This document shows, in pieces, positions 1-10,800 of a DNA stretch of 56,496 nt (within the stretch, counting starts at the first letter, position 1; each line of letters begins with the position of its first letter). Location: IMG/VR virus record IMGVR_UViG_3300027782_000104, positions 1-56,496 of that record, one strand, 5' to 3'. The position numbers and the translations under genes were made by a program. The notes below the pieces were generated by a model. The model made no database searches. It worked only from the letters and a program-made list of their open reading frames with translations, and had not been told where the DNA came from. The stretch is from a virus (Duplodnaviria; Caudoviricetes).

Positions 1-3000
1 GGCGGCGGCGGTGGCGGCGGTGGCGGCGGTGGCCCAGGAGGAGGAGGCGGTGGCGGAGGTGGTGGTGGCGGCGGAGGTGGTGGTGGTGGCGGAGGTGGTG
101 GTGGTGGTGGTGGCGGAGCAGGTGCCTGAACAAGCACTGTTGGCGTTGTTGATGCAGATCCACCAGGACCAACAGCTGTTACTGTTTCGCTCTTAGTTCC
201 AGCAGTAGAAAACGGATAAGGCAATGAACCAGAAGAAGAAAACAGCTGAGCGCCGTATGTACTTAGTGTCACATGTGTTGAATTCGTAGAACTCCAAGAT
301 AATGTTGAATTTTCACCAGTAAATATTACAGCAGGATTAAATGAAGCCGTAACTGTAGGAGCAGGTGGAGGAGGCGGCGGAGGAGCAGCTGCATCGCGAA
401 TTGCTACTGAAGAACTTGTCGCAACAATTGTTCCTCCTGTGCTTCCAGTTCGTAGATATACTACGAATGCTTCTGCATCATCAGAAATTCCGTCACTAAG
501 TGCTGTTCTATTGATACTGCCACCGCTACCATAAATTGTCACAGTACCGCTGCTAGAACCATCGGTGAAATCTGCAGCTCCTGCGCTTCCTGACGAGGTC
601 CAATAGAGTGTTGTTCCATCAGCAATATTCGTAGTCACAACAGAAAATGTTACCGTAGAACCTTCAGTGATTGAAAGCACGTCAGGATAAATTGCATATG
701 TTGGTGCTGGAGGAGGCGGAGGTGGTGGAGCAGGCGAAACATATCCGCAATACGGAGCGTTAGCTTGGAATAGAGTTGTAGTTTCTCCGTTATTTCCGTC
801 CGTATAGACTGAATATTGATCAAATCCTACGCAAGTATATCTTTTGAATAGACCAGCAGCAATAGGTGGAGGAGGTGGAGGTGGAGGTATAATTCCAACA
901 ACTCGACTACTATCAGCAGAATTTGTGATATTCGTAGAAATTATTTGTGTTTCTGTCATAGAAGAAGCAAAAATTTCTGGAACACGAGTAGATATAGTAA
1001 CGTCAGAAACGCCGGATTGTAACCCACTAGCATTATAATCACCTTCAGCTGAAGTAGTGAATGCGCCAAATGCTTCAGTATTTCTTGGATTATCTGTTAC
1101 TCTTAGTCTCTTAGTACCTACGTTAAATTTTAATGAAGAATCATTAGGAATTCTAAAGATAAAAAATACGTTGCCTGATGAGTTAGAAAACAGACTTGTG
1201 CCTTCCAAATTTGAAGGAAGCAAAGGAGCATTTGTGTTGGGATTTTTCAGACGAGTATTGTACTCTGATTCTGTCAAAGGAGTTATGTATGTGCTAACCA
1301 ATTTGCTATCAAAGAAAACGTACAAACGACTAGAAGGTTTTAGAGAAGACCCCTTAACAAAAATTTGTTTAGAACGCATAAAAGGTATAAGCGTTTGATC
1401 AACTATAACTTGTCCAGCTGAAGAAGTAGAAGTCGAACCTACTCGACCTGGCTTATATGTTGTGCGTGTCTGGGTGATTGGTGTAGTTGTAATAGATTCT
1501 GTTCTGAAACTTTCAACAATTTGTTTAGTACCATCAGCCAGAGTTTTCATTTCTGTTCCGCTGATAATATCTTGAGAAGCAGATGTTACAGGCACACCAA
1601 CAAATGAATTTTGCCATGCGCTTGGTTCTGTTTGCCAAGAATTCTGCATGTAATTCCAATTGTCTTGCGTGTTTTCTACTGGTACAGTTATAGCTGGTCG
1701 TGTTGTTGTGTCGAACCAATAATCATTATTGGGGTCGAGTGATAATGTACCTTTCCAGTTATATGAAGAACCAGAACAATTTCTTGTTGTAGTTCCGTAT
1801 GGTTGTTGAGCAAAAACTTTATGAGAATACGGTAATGTTACTAGATCACCAGCTGAAATTCCTGTAACAGCAGAAATAGTACCTGTAACGGAACCGTTTG
1901 TTACAGTTCCCCCGACAGCAAAATTACCTGTAGCATTCTCGATATAAAGTTTTGCTCCAACTTTATATCTTAGATAAGCAGTATTTCCACCAGAACTTAC
2001 TGTCATACCAGCAGTGAATGCTGGAGTAGAAGAAGTAAGAGTTACGATTTGATCACGCGATACACCCGTAGGCGTTACGTTCGTACGAACAACATGAGTA
2101 GAACCAGATGACCATGTTAGTTCTGTATTATCTACAGAAACAAGAGGACCTAATTCACCCTTAGCGCGATTGATAGAAGCCTTATAATCTAAATCAAATA
2201 CGTTTGCGATATTCGTGCCGTTGAATGCGTCTACAAGAATACCATTTTTGAAACGATCTAAACCATTATCGTCTGGGATCATCAGATCTTTAGAATTCTT
2301 TTCAAGTAGGGTTAGTGAAGTTAGATATTCCAGGCGATCAATACGGTCGCGCAGAACACCAATATCTTTCATGGTGAAGCGTTCGTTCTTAAGGCGCTTG
2401 ATACTGTTTGTTAAATCGGGACGATTGATCTGACGACCAACTTGTTCTGAAAGTGAAGGATAAGGCGCAAGAGAAATAACTGCTAGAGACATAGCATCAT
2501 CTGGCGCATATGGTGTTATAGGATTAAGAGAAGGTACGCCTTTGGTTATATCTATCGCACCTTCCTTGGTGATAGAAACTACGTCTTTTCTCTTTAGATA
2601 ATACGAAAGATCTGTTGTGAAATCTTGATTAGGGGGAGAATGATGCAGTCCTGTCACACCGCCAGATTGGAAACTAGTAGTGCCGATAGGATTTAAAGAA
2701 ACACCAGAAACTGTTGCATATACAGAATTAGCAGTATCAGAAACACGAGGACGGATGTCGATACAATTTCTTAGATCGTATGTAACACCGTTTGTCGGAG
2801 AAGTGAAAATCGGAATTTCATATGTGTAAATTTTAGTGCTGTCTACTCCAGCATTTGTATCGTCTATTGGATAAGAATTTACAGAAAAATATCCTACGCC
2901 AGTCGAATAGCTGTGTGTGAAATGATCAATAGAAACAAGCAAACGATCTGTACTCGTCAAACCTCCAGGTATTTGTGCGCCTGGTTTCTTAACAAGTTTC

Positions 3001-5390
3001 GCATGATCATAGTATGTGTCTTTCATACCAGTATCAATAGTAAAGTATTTGGTTACATCTTCACCATCTGCTGTGGTTGCGAAATTAGAACCAGTCAAAC
3101 GACGAACAGAATTGAGTTTAAATCCATCAGAAAGACCTAGAGGCCATGGACCTGTTGTGTTTCCAGCATACGAACCAATACCTAGTGATTTAGTGTTACC
3201 TGTTCTGATAAGAACCAAACGATCACGTGCGACAAGTTTAGCAGCTTCTTGCCCATCAATCTTATTGAGCGTAGCGATAACTGTAGCGTTTAATGAAGAA
3301 CCTAGAGTTTCGCTTAGTGCAAGATCTGCTTGACGCGAAGGAGTACCTGAAATAGAAATCGTACGATTACCATTTTTACCGACGCCCGCAAAATCTAAAA
3401 CCTGACCAGACTTAAATCGCTTGAAATAAGGCATATTTGTTTTAGAAGCTACAACTGTTCCGAAAACCTGCAGCTGTGTATCACTAACAACTCTACTTAC
3501 GACATAATCTCCACTGTTAGCAACAGCAATAATATCGCCAGGATTTACTTGAGTAGTAAACGCAGTTCCAGTACCACCGAAAGCATTAATTGTGTTTCCT
3601 GCAGTTGTTACGCTAACTGTGCCAGTAAGAGCAGCAGAGTTGGCAGTTCCGCGGGAAACAACATAAAAATCTGTACGAGTAGCATCATCACCTAAAGTTC
3701 CTGAACCGTCAAATGTCTCGGAATTCGTTCCACTGTTAATTGTTGCTGCACCAGAAGTGTTAAATGTAACATCAAAAGAACGATAAAATGAGAAATCGTT
3801 GTTGATACTACCAGCTGTGTTACGAACAGTTTTAATAGCATTTGCAGGGAGACGGAAAACTCCACGATCAAACGAAGGATCAGTTAAAGCAGCATTAGTT
3901 CCGTCAGAATTTAGTATATCAGCTTTACCTTTAGAACTACCACCAAACATCAAGCTCTGAACTTTGGTAAAGCTCTGACGAGCATTCATCTTGATATCTG
4001 TTAGATAAAACTTATATTGTGCGCTGGGTAAACCAGGAGTTCCGCTGTAGTATTCTACTCCGCGCACGCGAGCCGTGCCAATTTCATTTCCTGAAAGAGC
4101 AGAAGTAGAATAGCCTCCACCACTGATTGCATTCGATTGGCTATCGCGAAGAGAAATTACACTTTGTCTATCTAGATCCCATAATCCAACGACGTTGTCG
4201 CAAATTACATAATTGCTATAGTCGATAAGAGCTTTTGCCGATTCGATAGATTCGAAATCTGTAGCCTTAGTGATAGTTTTTCTAGACGATACGATTTTTT
4301 CAATATCGTAACCTTTGATATACGCTTTACCTTCACTGAGATTAACCGAAAGCTTTTCTGCGCTTCCTCCTACATAATTTTCAATCAATCCTCCATTTTT
4401 ACCTGATTTCAAATGTTCTTGTATAGAAACATTAAAACCTTTTACGATGTAGTCACCAGATTCGTCGTATGTGCGTTGAGCCATATAATCACGAATGGCT
4501 GCATAAGAAGGCTTAGTAGAAACAGACTGAACCAAACCATTGTCGACCTGCATCAATTCGATGAATGTATTTGACACTGCAGTTGTCAATGGGACTGCTT
4601 TGATGGTAGCTTCTAGCTTGAGACGAGCCGCACCTGGAGCAGAATAGTTATAGGAACCTTGTGCTGGGTCTAATAGCGTGTCGTCTGTTTGTTCGGTAAC
4701 AATTGTTTCGGTGATGTCAAAACCAACACGAACAGAAGGATACTGCGAATACTTATCCAGAATAACAGTCTGTTCGGGAACTCTGATGAAATGGTCTTTA
4801 GCGTAAACAATACCCGCGCCAAACTTAACGGCAGCACCTTGTCCGCCGGGAAGACTGTTATTATTAGACTGAGCGGCAGTAATTGTATTGGCTGTTAATA
4901 GCGGAAACCCTACAGCTGTTATGATTTCGTTAGCTTTGAAATATCTATAATCGGTTGTTGTATTGGCTGCAATAAATTTAATATGGAATGTCTTGAAACT
5001 AGGATTGTTAGATTCTGAGCCAGTAGAAACATTAACAACTTCAGCTAGAACACCAGAATTAGCACCCTTAATGACTTTACCTAGAAAATCAGACACATTA
5101 ACTGTATTTGCACCAGTAGAATTCTTATCTCTAATTTTTACATAAGCATAATTTGGGTCGTAGTTCATTTCTAAACCACGAACAGTTGAACCTTCTTTGA
5201 AGATATGACCCGCAAAACGATCAATCTGATTCTGAAGAATAGATTGCATCTGCGTAAGTTCGCGAGCCTGTACAGCCAATCCTGGACGAAACAGAATTCT
5301 ATGGAAATTCTTTTCTTCATTGAAATCATCGTAGTATGGATCTACGTTGAAATTTGTTGAGAGAGTTACGTTATTAGCTTCTGCGGCCAT
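1..5390 (-). CDS. Very large virion structural protein (VrlC-like/DUF4815), 3' end beyond the window
   Basis: Not in the ORF track because there is no stop in the window. ATG at 5390 reads MAAEANNVTLSTNFNVDPYYDDFNEEKNFHRILFRPGLAVQARELTQMQSILQNQI, typical of T4-like VrlC/DUF4815 proteins. Later motifs RTYDESGDY, RFTMKDIG and RFKNGILVD. Same frame at position 3 (poly-Pro). Confidence 0.88.
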   Translation of the reverse strand, partial: MAAEANNVTLSTNFNVDPYYDDFNEEKNFHRILFRPGLAVQARELTQMQSILQNQIDRFAGHIFKEGSTVRGLEMNYDPNYAYVKIRDKNSTGANTVNVSDFLGKVIKGANSGVLAEVVNVSTGSESNNPSFKTFHIKFIAANTTTDYRYFKANEIITAVGFPLLTANTITAAQSNNNSLPGGQGAAVKFGAGIVYAKDHFIRVPEQTVILDKYSQYPSVRVGFDITETIVTEQTDDTLLDPAQGSYNYSAPGAARLKLEATIKAVPLTTAVSNTFIELMQVDNGLVQSVSTKPSYAAIRDYMAQRTYDESGDYIVKGFNVSIQEHLKSGKNGGLIENYVGGSAEKLSVNLSEGKAYIKGYDIEKIVSSRKTITKATDFESIESAKALIDYSNYVICDNVVGLWDLDRQSVISLRDSQSNAISGGGYSTSALSGNEIGTARVRGVEYYSGTPGLPSAQYKFYLTDIKMNARQSFTKVQSLMFGGSSKGKADILNSDGTNAALTDPSFDRGVFRLPANAIKTVRNTAGSINNDFSFYRSFDVTFNTSGAATINSGTNSETFDGSGTLGDDATRTDFYVVSRGTANSAALTGTVSVTTAGNTINAFGGTGTAFTTQVNPGDIIAVANSGDYVVSRVVSDTQLQVFGTVVASKTNMPYFKRFKSGQVLDFAGVGKNGNRTISISGTPSRQADLALSETLGSSLNATVIATLNKIDGQEAAKLVARDRLVLIRTGNTKSLGIGSYAGNTTGPWPLGLSDGFKLNSVRRLTGSNFATTADGEDVTKYFTIDTGMKDTYYDHAKLVKKPGAQIPGGLTSTDRLLVSIDHFTHSYSTGVGYFSVNSYPIDDTNAGVDSTKIYTYEIPIFTSPTNGVTYDLRNCIDIRPRVSDTANSVYATVSGVSLNPIGTTSFQSGGVTGLHHSPPNQDFTTDLSYYLKRKDVVSITKEGAIDITKGVPSLNPITPYAPDDAMSLAVISLAPYPSLSEQVGRQINRPDLTNSIKRLKNERFTMKDIGVLRDRIDRLEYLTSLTLLEKNSKDLMIPDDNGLDRFKNGILVDAFNGTNIANVFDLDYKASINRAKGELGPLVSVDNTELTWSSGSTHVVRTNVTPTGVSRDQIVTLTSSTPAFTAGMTVSSGGNTAYLRYKVGAKLYIENATGNFAVGGTVTNGSVTGTISAVTGISAGDLVTLPYSHKVFAQQPYGTTTRNCSGSSYNWKGTLSLDPNNDYWFDTTTRPAITVPVENTQDNWNYMQNSWQTEPSAWQNSFVGVPVTSASQDIISGTEMKTLADGTKQIVESFRTESITTTPITQTRTTYKPGRVGSTSTSSAGQVIVDQTLIPFMRSKQIFVKGSSLKPSSRLYVFFDSKLVSTYITPLTESEYNTRLKNPNTNAPLLPSNLEGTSLFSNSSGNVFFIFRIPNDSSLKFNVGTKRLRVTDNPRNTEAFGAFTTSAEGDYNASGLQSGVSDVTISTRVPEIFASSMTETQIISTNITNSADSSRVVGIIPPPPPPPPIAAGLFKRYTCVGFDQYSVYTDGNNGETTTLFQANAPYCGYVSPAPPPPPPPAPTYAIYPDVLSITEGSTVTFSVVTTNIADGTTLYWTSSGSAGAADFTDGSSSGTVTIYGSGGSINRTALSDGISDDAEAFVVYLRTGSTGGTIVATSSSVAIRDAAAPPPPPPPAPTVTASFNPAVIFTGENSTLSWSSTNSTHVTLSTYGAQLFSSSGSLPYPFSTAGTKSETVTAVGPGGSASTTPTVLVQAPAPPPPPPPPPPPPPPPPPPPPPPPPPPPGPPPPPPPPPP
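3..119 (-). repeat. Poly-proline coding run (CCN)n with one Gly
   Basis: GGN-type triplets on + strand; in the frame of the 5390 ORF they read about 37 Pro codons. Confidence 0.9.
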
Positions 5391-5403
5391 GGATACCTAC
5401 CAA

Positions 5404-7206
5404 TTAAAAATTAATGATGACTTTAACGTCTTCTGTTTGTTCTAGCGCTCTACTAACAGGAGCTCTGTTTTCAGTATATATTACTAATCCGCTGTACTTT
5501 TTTAGAGCACCAGAAGTGACTGATTGCACGTTAGCAATTCTGGTACTAATAGAACCCTGAACGATTTCACCTATTTGAAACGAACCGCCTGTTCCGTTTG
5601 TTGTGATTCTAATTAATTTTAAATCACCCTTAGTTCTTGCACTATCAGTATTCGCGAAATATACTAAACGACCTTTAGCGCCACTCGACAACCCAGTTAC
5701 TACTTCGTCTGCAACAAAATCACCAGAAACTTCATTCACATTTACTCGTGTCGTCTGATCTAATGTAGAAACAGTAGCAGCAGAACCATTAGCTAACAAT
5801 GGGTCACGCATAATACCGATTAATCTGAAATCGTTATTTGTAGGAAACGTATTAGATTCGGCTCCAGAAACTCGAATATTCATTAAAATACTAGTAGCGT
5901 ACAATTCATCGACCGGATCACTGCCGTGCCCATTTCTAGGGGAAATTATAGCACGAGCAGTAGCACCATAACCATGTGATGAATTAGCACTAATCGTTAC
6001 GTTTGCAGTAGAATATGAACGACCCTGATTAATCATAGTTATCTTACGAACTCGACCAGCGAATGTATTAGATACGTATGCGTCCGAGCGAGATAACAAA
6101 GTGCCACCACTATCGCCTCGTATAGTGACCAAAGGAGAAATTATATATCTACTTGATGTGGTAGGTGTACTAGTGAAAGCAGAATTTACAATACAATAAT
6201 TGTTAGAACCATAATACTTAACGATTTTACGGACTTCACCTGAAGCGGGACCAGAACTAATAAAAAGCCCAGAACCATTATACACACCATCAACAACACT
6301 AGCGTCTGTTTTTAATGTAAATGCGGATTTACTAGAAACAGAAGCAAAAGTATTTGTTGTAGTTAAGTAATTAGCACCGTTCGCAATAACTTTAATGTAA
6401 TGTATAGCACCATTAGCAGCAGATGTCTGAACATCCCACTGATCACTACTATCATCAGCTGCTAGAGTTTTAACAGGGATAAAATCCGTAGTTAGAAATT
6501 TTAGTGCGCTGGCAGCAGTTATTGTATACATATATTTCCAACGATAACCATCAGTAGTAGAAATTATATCGTTGGTTACAACTCCAGTTGGTTCTACAGT
6601 AGATGCAGAATTTCTATTATTTTCAATACACTTATATACATTGCCTGCTGTTGTAGTAACATAATACTGCTTTTCATCAAGAATAGGATCTAAGTCATCA
6701 TATTCAGCATATGATGTGCCAGATATCCATTTATTTCTAGCAGCAACATGACTAACATCAGAAAACTGAATGCGTTTAGCCGCGATCATGTTTCGCCAAA
6801 TATCAAAATAGGTGTCTTGATATCTATCCACTGGAGCAATAGGCGTATAGTCTGAGTATGGTAAACGAACATATAGATTAGCACCTACTGTGGTTGTGGT
6901 AGTAGGTCTAATAGCAGAAATAAATGTTTGCGCGTTAGGTATAGAATGCACTCGCAAATCTTGTGAAGTGCCAGTAACTCGTACAATAGCTCCATTAGTC
7001 AATTCAGTATCAAAATACGTTCCGCTACCAACAACTGTATTAGATGTGCTGGTTATTTTTACTGTTCCTCTTGTAGGAACAGCATTTGCAGAAGCGTAAT
7101 TCTTACCGATAAAATAGTAATATCGAGTAGAAAGAGCTTCATTGAAAGATTCATAAAACTGAATCGCGTTGTGAATCCTAAAATGATGAGTTACTATAGC
7201 AGTCAT
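5404..7206 (-). CDS. gp8: Baseplate wedge subunit gp8-like
   Basis: Motifs YYYFIGK, WRNMIAAKRI, VYKCIENN, DGYRWKYMYTI, GHGSDPVDEL, NDFRLIG, YTENRAPVSR..QTEDVKVIINF; position next to gp7/gp6. Confidence 0.85.
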   Translation of the reverse strand: MTAIVTHHFRIHNAIQFYESFNEALSTRYYYFIGKNYASANAVPTRGTVKITSTSNTVVGSGTYFDTELTNGAIVRVTGTSQDLRVHSIPNAQTFISAIRPTTTTTVGANLYVRLPYSDYTPIAPVDRYQDTYFDIWRNMIAAKRIQFSDVSHVAARNKWISGTSYAEYDDLDPILDEKQYYVTTTAGNVYKCIENNRNSASTVEPTGVVTNDIISTTDGYRWKYMYTITAASALKFLTTDFIPVKTLAADDSSDQWDVQTSAANGAIHYIKVIANGANYLTTTNTFASVSSKSAFTLKTDASVVDGVYNGSGLFISSGPASGEVRKIVKYYGSNNYCIVNSAFTSTPTTSSRYIISPLVTIRGDSGGTLLSRSDAYVSNTFAGRVRKITMINQGRSYSTANVTISANSSHGYGATARAIISPRNGHGSDPVDELYATSILMNIRVSGAESNTFPTNNDFRLIGIMRDPLLANGSAATVSTLDQTTRVNVNEVSGDFVADEVVTGLSSGAKGRLVYFANTDSARTKGDLKLIRITTNGTGGSFQIGEIVQGSISTRIANVQSVTSGALKKYSGLVIYTENRAPVSRALEQTEDVKVIINF

Positions 7207-7793
7207 TAAGCAGAAGCAGTATAAGTTACGTTAAGTGTGTCGCCAGCAGTAACAACCTTATCGCCTACTGTGAACAAACCAGCAGAATATAGGGTTCCTG
7301 TTGAACCGGCCTTAGTAGCGTTGTTTGCGATGAACGCACCCTTAACAGTTCCAGCAACTGTGATTGTGAACACAACAGCATTAGAAGTTGCTTTAGAACC
7401 AGCTGAAGCAGCAGCGAAAGTGACTGCACAACGATTTGTCTGATTATAACCAGGAGCACGACCACCCTGAGCACCAGATTCAATCCATCCAGTATGCGAA
7501 GACATTGTGTCTGCAGCAGAAATGGCTGAATAACCATTAGCAGCAATCAAACCCATATACATCTGAGTTGTTTGCGAACCTACGCCTGTTCCGCTTAGAT
7601 AAGCGTTTAGAATGGCATTCTTACCTGCAGTCGTTACAGTGTTAGGAAATTCATCAGCCCACTTTACTCGACCGTTTGCATCAAGACAAACAGCTGTGTA
7701 TGTGCCGTGCAAATCTACAGATTCAGCCGAACCTGCGCCACGAGTTACGACTACGCTAGTAGAATCACCTGTATTAATTTTTTCGATAGACAT
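7206..7793 (-). CDS. Virion structural protein (tail-fibre-associated, beta-rich)
   Basis: 195 aa ORF with AGGGAG SD and a TATAAATA late promoter upstream. NTVTTAGKN...GDTLNVTYTAS pattern seen in phage tail modules. Confidence 0.6.
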   Translation of the reverse strand: MSIEKINTGDSTSVVVTRGAGSAESVDLHGTYTAVCLDANGRVKWADEFPNTVTTAGKNAILNAYLSGTGVGSQTTQMYMGLIAANGYSAISAADTMSSHTGWIESGAQGGRAPGYNQTNRCAVTFAAASAGSKATSNAVVFTITVAGTVKGAFIANNATKAGSTGTLYSAGLFTVGDKVVTAGDTLNVTYTASA

Positions 7794-7824
7794 CTTAATA
7801 GTACTCCCTTGGGTTAGGTACGTT

Positions 7825-7832
7825 TATTTATA
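7825..7832 (-). promoter_or_regulatory. T4-type late promoter TATAAATA
   Basis: Exact consensus in the intergenic gap 32 nt upstream of the 7793 start. Confidence 0.8.
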
Positions 7833-7846
7833 ATACGAAAAGATAG

Positions 7847-10800
7847 TTAGAATGGTTTAATTGACGAACTTTGTGTCACTGAACCAGTATTAGTTACGAT
7901 ATTAACTGCACTTGCGTCGATTGTTGGTGAATCTCCCAACATTAGATATTTCGTGTTTGGTATATTTGGTAGAGGTACGAAATTCGGCACTGTAATTGTT
8001 GTTGCGGTTGGGTTGTATACTGCTGTTCCTACAACTACTCGTAGGTTTGTCATATATCCAGGCCATGATCTTAGATAAGAAGCACCGATTCGTTTTGTGG
8101 CTCCAATATAATTTATGGAGTTAGTTAATGTTCCAGTCGAGCTACGAGTACCATTTAAGAACAGTGTTTCTGTAGTTCCTGATCTGACTAGAGCGAAATG
8201 ATACCATGTGTTTGCAGACATCGCTGGAACAGTATATGCCTTTTGACCTAAACCGCCATTGCCATCGCTAGTGAACGTTGTGCTGTTAGACACAAACAGA
8301 TTTATTGGTCCGACTGTGGTATCCCCTGTTATTGCTCCTAGTATCGAATAGGCGTTGGTGAAATCTGGTAGTCTAATCCAACCTTCGATAGTGTATGAAC
8401 TATCGTTCAGCGTGAATCCTGTATTAAGATCCAACATACGTGTTTCAGCAACACCGCCTGGGAAGCTCAAGCTACCGGCTACAGAATTACCAACATATAC
8501 TGTATCGTCAAGATTTAGAACAGGAGTTACGAATTCACTAATTTGTGTAGACTGATATACTGAAATCTGTACTGAAGCATACGGAGTAATTGCTCCGTTG
8601 TTTTCGGTTATTGCTCCGCTCGTTCTGTTAGCACCAACAACAGAATCTGTTGAAGTAATCGTTTCGCTTATGGAAGCACCAAGAGTTACTAGAGCACCAA
8701 TAGAATCTGTCGGAGTTACTGATTCGGCTCCTGTAGTTGCACTCGTTACTACACCACCAACAACAGAATCGTCTGAAGTAATAGATTCGCTAGTTTCAGC
8801 TGAAGTTACTCCGTAGCCTATAATAGAATCTGTTGATGTTATAGATTCAGTGATCACTGATGGGATTGAACTAATACCAACAACTGAATCTGTTGATGTT
8901 ATAGATTCAGCGAAACTCGCGATAGCTCTATTCGTACCAACAATAGAATCTGTAGCGGTGAATGATTCATCGTAAGCAACATTCTTGGTAACATAACCAA
9001 CCATAGTGTCTGTTGCTGTAATTGATTGGGCGCCAGTATCGAGTTCACCACTGGTGTAAATGCCTGCAACAGAATCTGTTGTTGTTATCGACTGAGTTCC
9101 AGTGTTTAGGTCAGATACATATGTCGCGTCATTTGTATTTGTTACAGTTATAGATTCTGTGCCAGAAGTTAGATTTACAGATCTGTAAGTTCCGTTAACA
9201 ATTTCAGTTGCGTCAACTGATTCTGTTGTTGTAGCAACAGCTTTGTTAGTAGAATTTAATGAATCTGTAGCACTAATCGATTCGTTATATGCAACATTCT
9301 TGGTAACATAACCAAGCATAGATTCTGTAAGAGAAATCGTTTCTGGACCTAAGATACCACTAGTGACTCTAGCACCAACAACTGTGTCTATTATTGAAAC
9401 GCTTTCGCTTAAACTCAATGCGAATATGCTTGACTGCGTTAGTGTTGTTAATGCTGGTGTGTTAACAGTTGCATTGATTTGATAATCAGCGAAAAGTTTT
9501 GTGCCAGAAGGATGTACTAGTTTTCTAACAACATCACGATACTTTTCTAGCAGTTCCGTTACACGAATAACATACGAAAATTCTTGATAATAGAAATTAT
9601 CTTGGAGCTTATTATTCCATGACAAGAAACCTTTAGTGTCAACATATTTTCCAGGATAATTGGTAACACCTGTTGGTTGCGCCAATCCTTCACCGCTATA
9701 GGTCTTTTTCTGTATTGTGTATTTCGTAGCAGCAGCACCACTCACAGAACGACCAGCATGACTAGTAGTGAACGAACTATTTCCCTGAGTAGTATTCAAC
9801 ATATAGGCTGCAGAATATTTGTTAAAATTAGAACCTCTAGTTAATATGTTAAGTTCTGCAATTTCACCAGTTATTGTATTCGCAACAGCAACAGCATTTC
9901 TACCTAGATATCCACCATATCCGTCATCTACATTTAATTTCGTAATTTCATCATCAATGATAGTGATCGTAGGAATAGTTGTATAATTTTTTCCTGGATT
10001 GATGATAGAAATCGCATTGATCATATAGAAACTCGCGGTGCTATATGTTAATGCAGACGCGAGCGTAGATGAAACATTAGCCGCAGCCAATTTACTATAG
10101 CCGTTCGCGCGAGCATTTACGTTTGTTCGTGCAGTAGAAACGAATGTTTGCGCACCACCAATAGAATGAACTCTAAGCGCTGTACTAGATCCAGTGATAC
10201 GAACAATATCACCAACAGCTAACTGAGAAGTGAATGCGCTACCGATACCATAAACAGTATTCGTAGAGGTTTTTGCTTTTAATATACCTGTTAATTTCTT
10301 AGTCACGGCAGCTGTATTAGCACCTTTACGAACAAAAAAGTCCGAATCAAGGCGAACGTTTTTCATATTCCCAATAATATCAGAATTCAATGCAGTAGGA
10401 ATAGCTTCTGGATAATAAGAAGCAACAACAATTTCTGTTCCTGTGCCATCACCATTTACTCGAACACGAGTGTTGTTTTTAGTGTATCCAGATCCACCCT
10501 TGACAATACGAGCAGTTATACCTGTTGCTTCTTTAACTCTAGTAACAATAGCTGTAGCTGTAGAAGTCGAACCTGCTCCACCAATTTCAATTAAATCGCC
10601 TGTATTATGGCGCGAACCGCCTTCTGTTATGTTGAATTGTGTGACAGGACCAATTTGCGCACTAACGGTAGCGTAATTATTGTTATCGTCGAATACTCTT
10701 TCGCCATCAACGAATGTTCCGTCGATGCTTTCTACCGTCATGTCGTAAATAATCATTCCAGAAGAAATGGTAGAAACTACTCCCTGAACAACAGCAGTTG

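Noticed and set aside
11-196. + strand Ala/Val-rich ORF and G-rich repeat
   Set aside because: Reverse complement of the poly-Pro coding run.
8600-9420. Recurring ~60-66 nt DNA repeats (agaatctgt...gattc) resembling a CRISPR or DGR array
   Set aside because: Degenerate at third codon positions and in frame; they encode the gp7 ESITxTDS repeats. No cas or RT gene.
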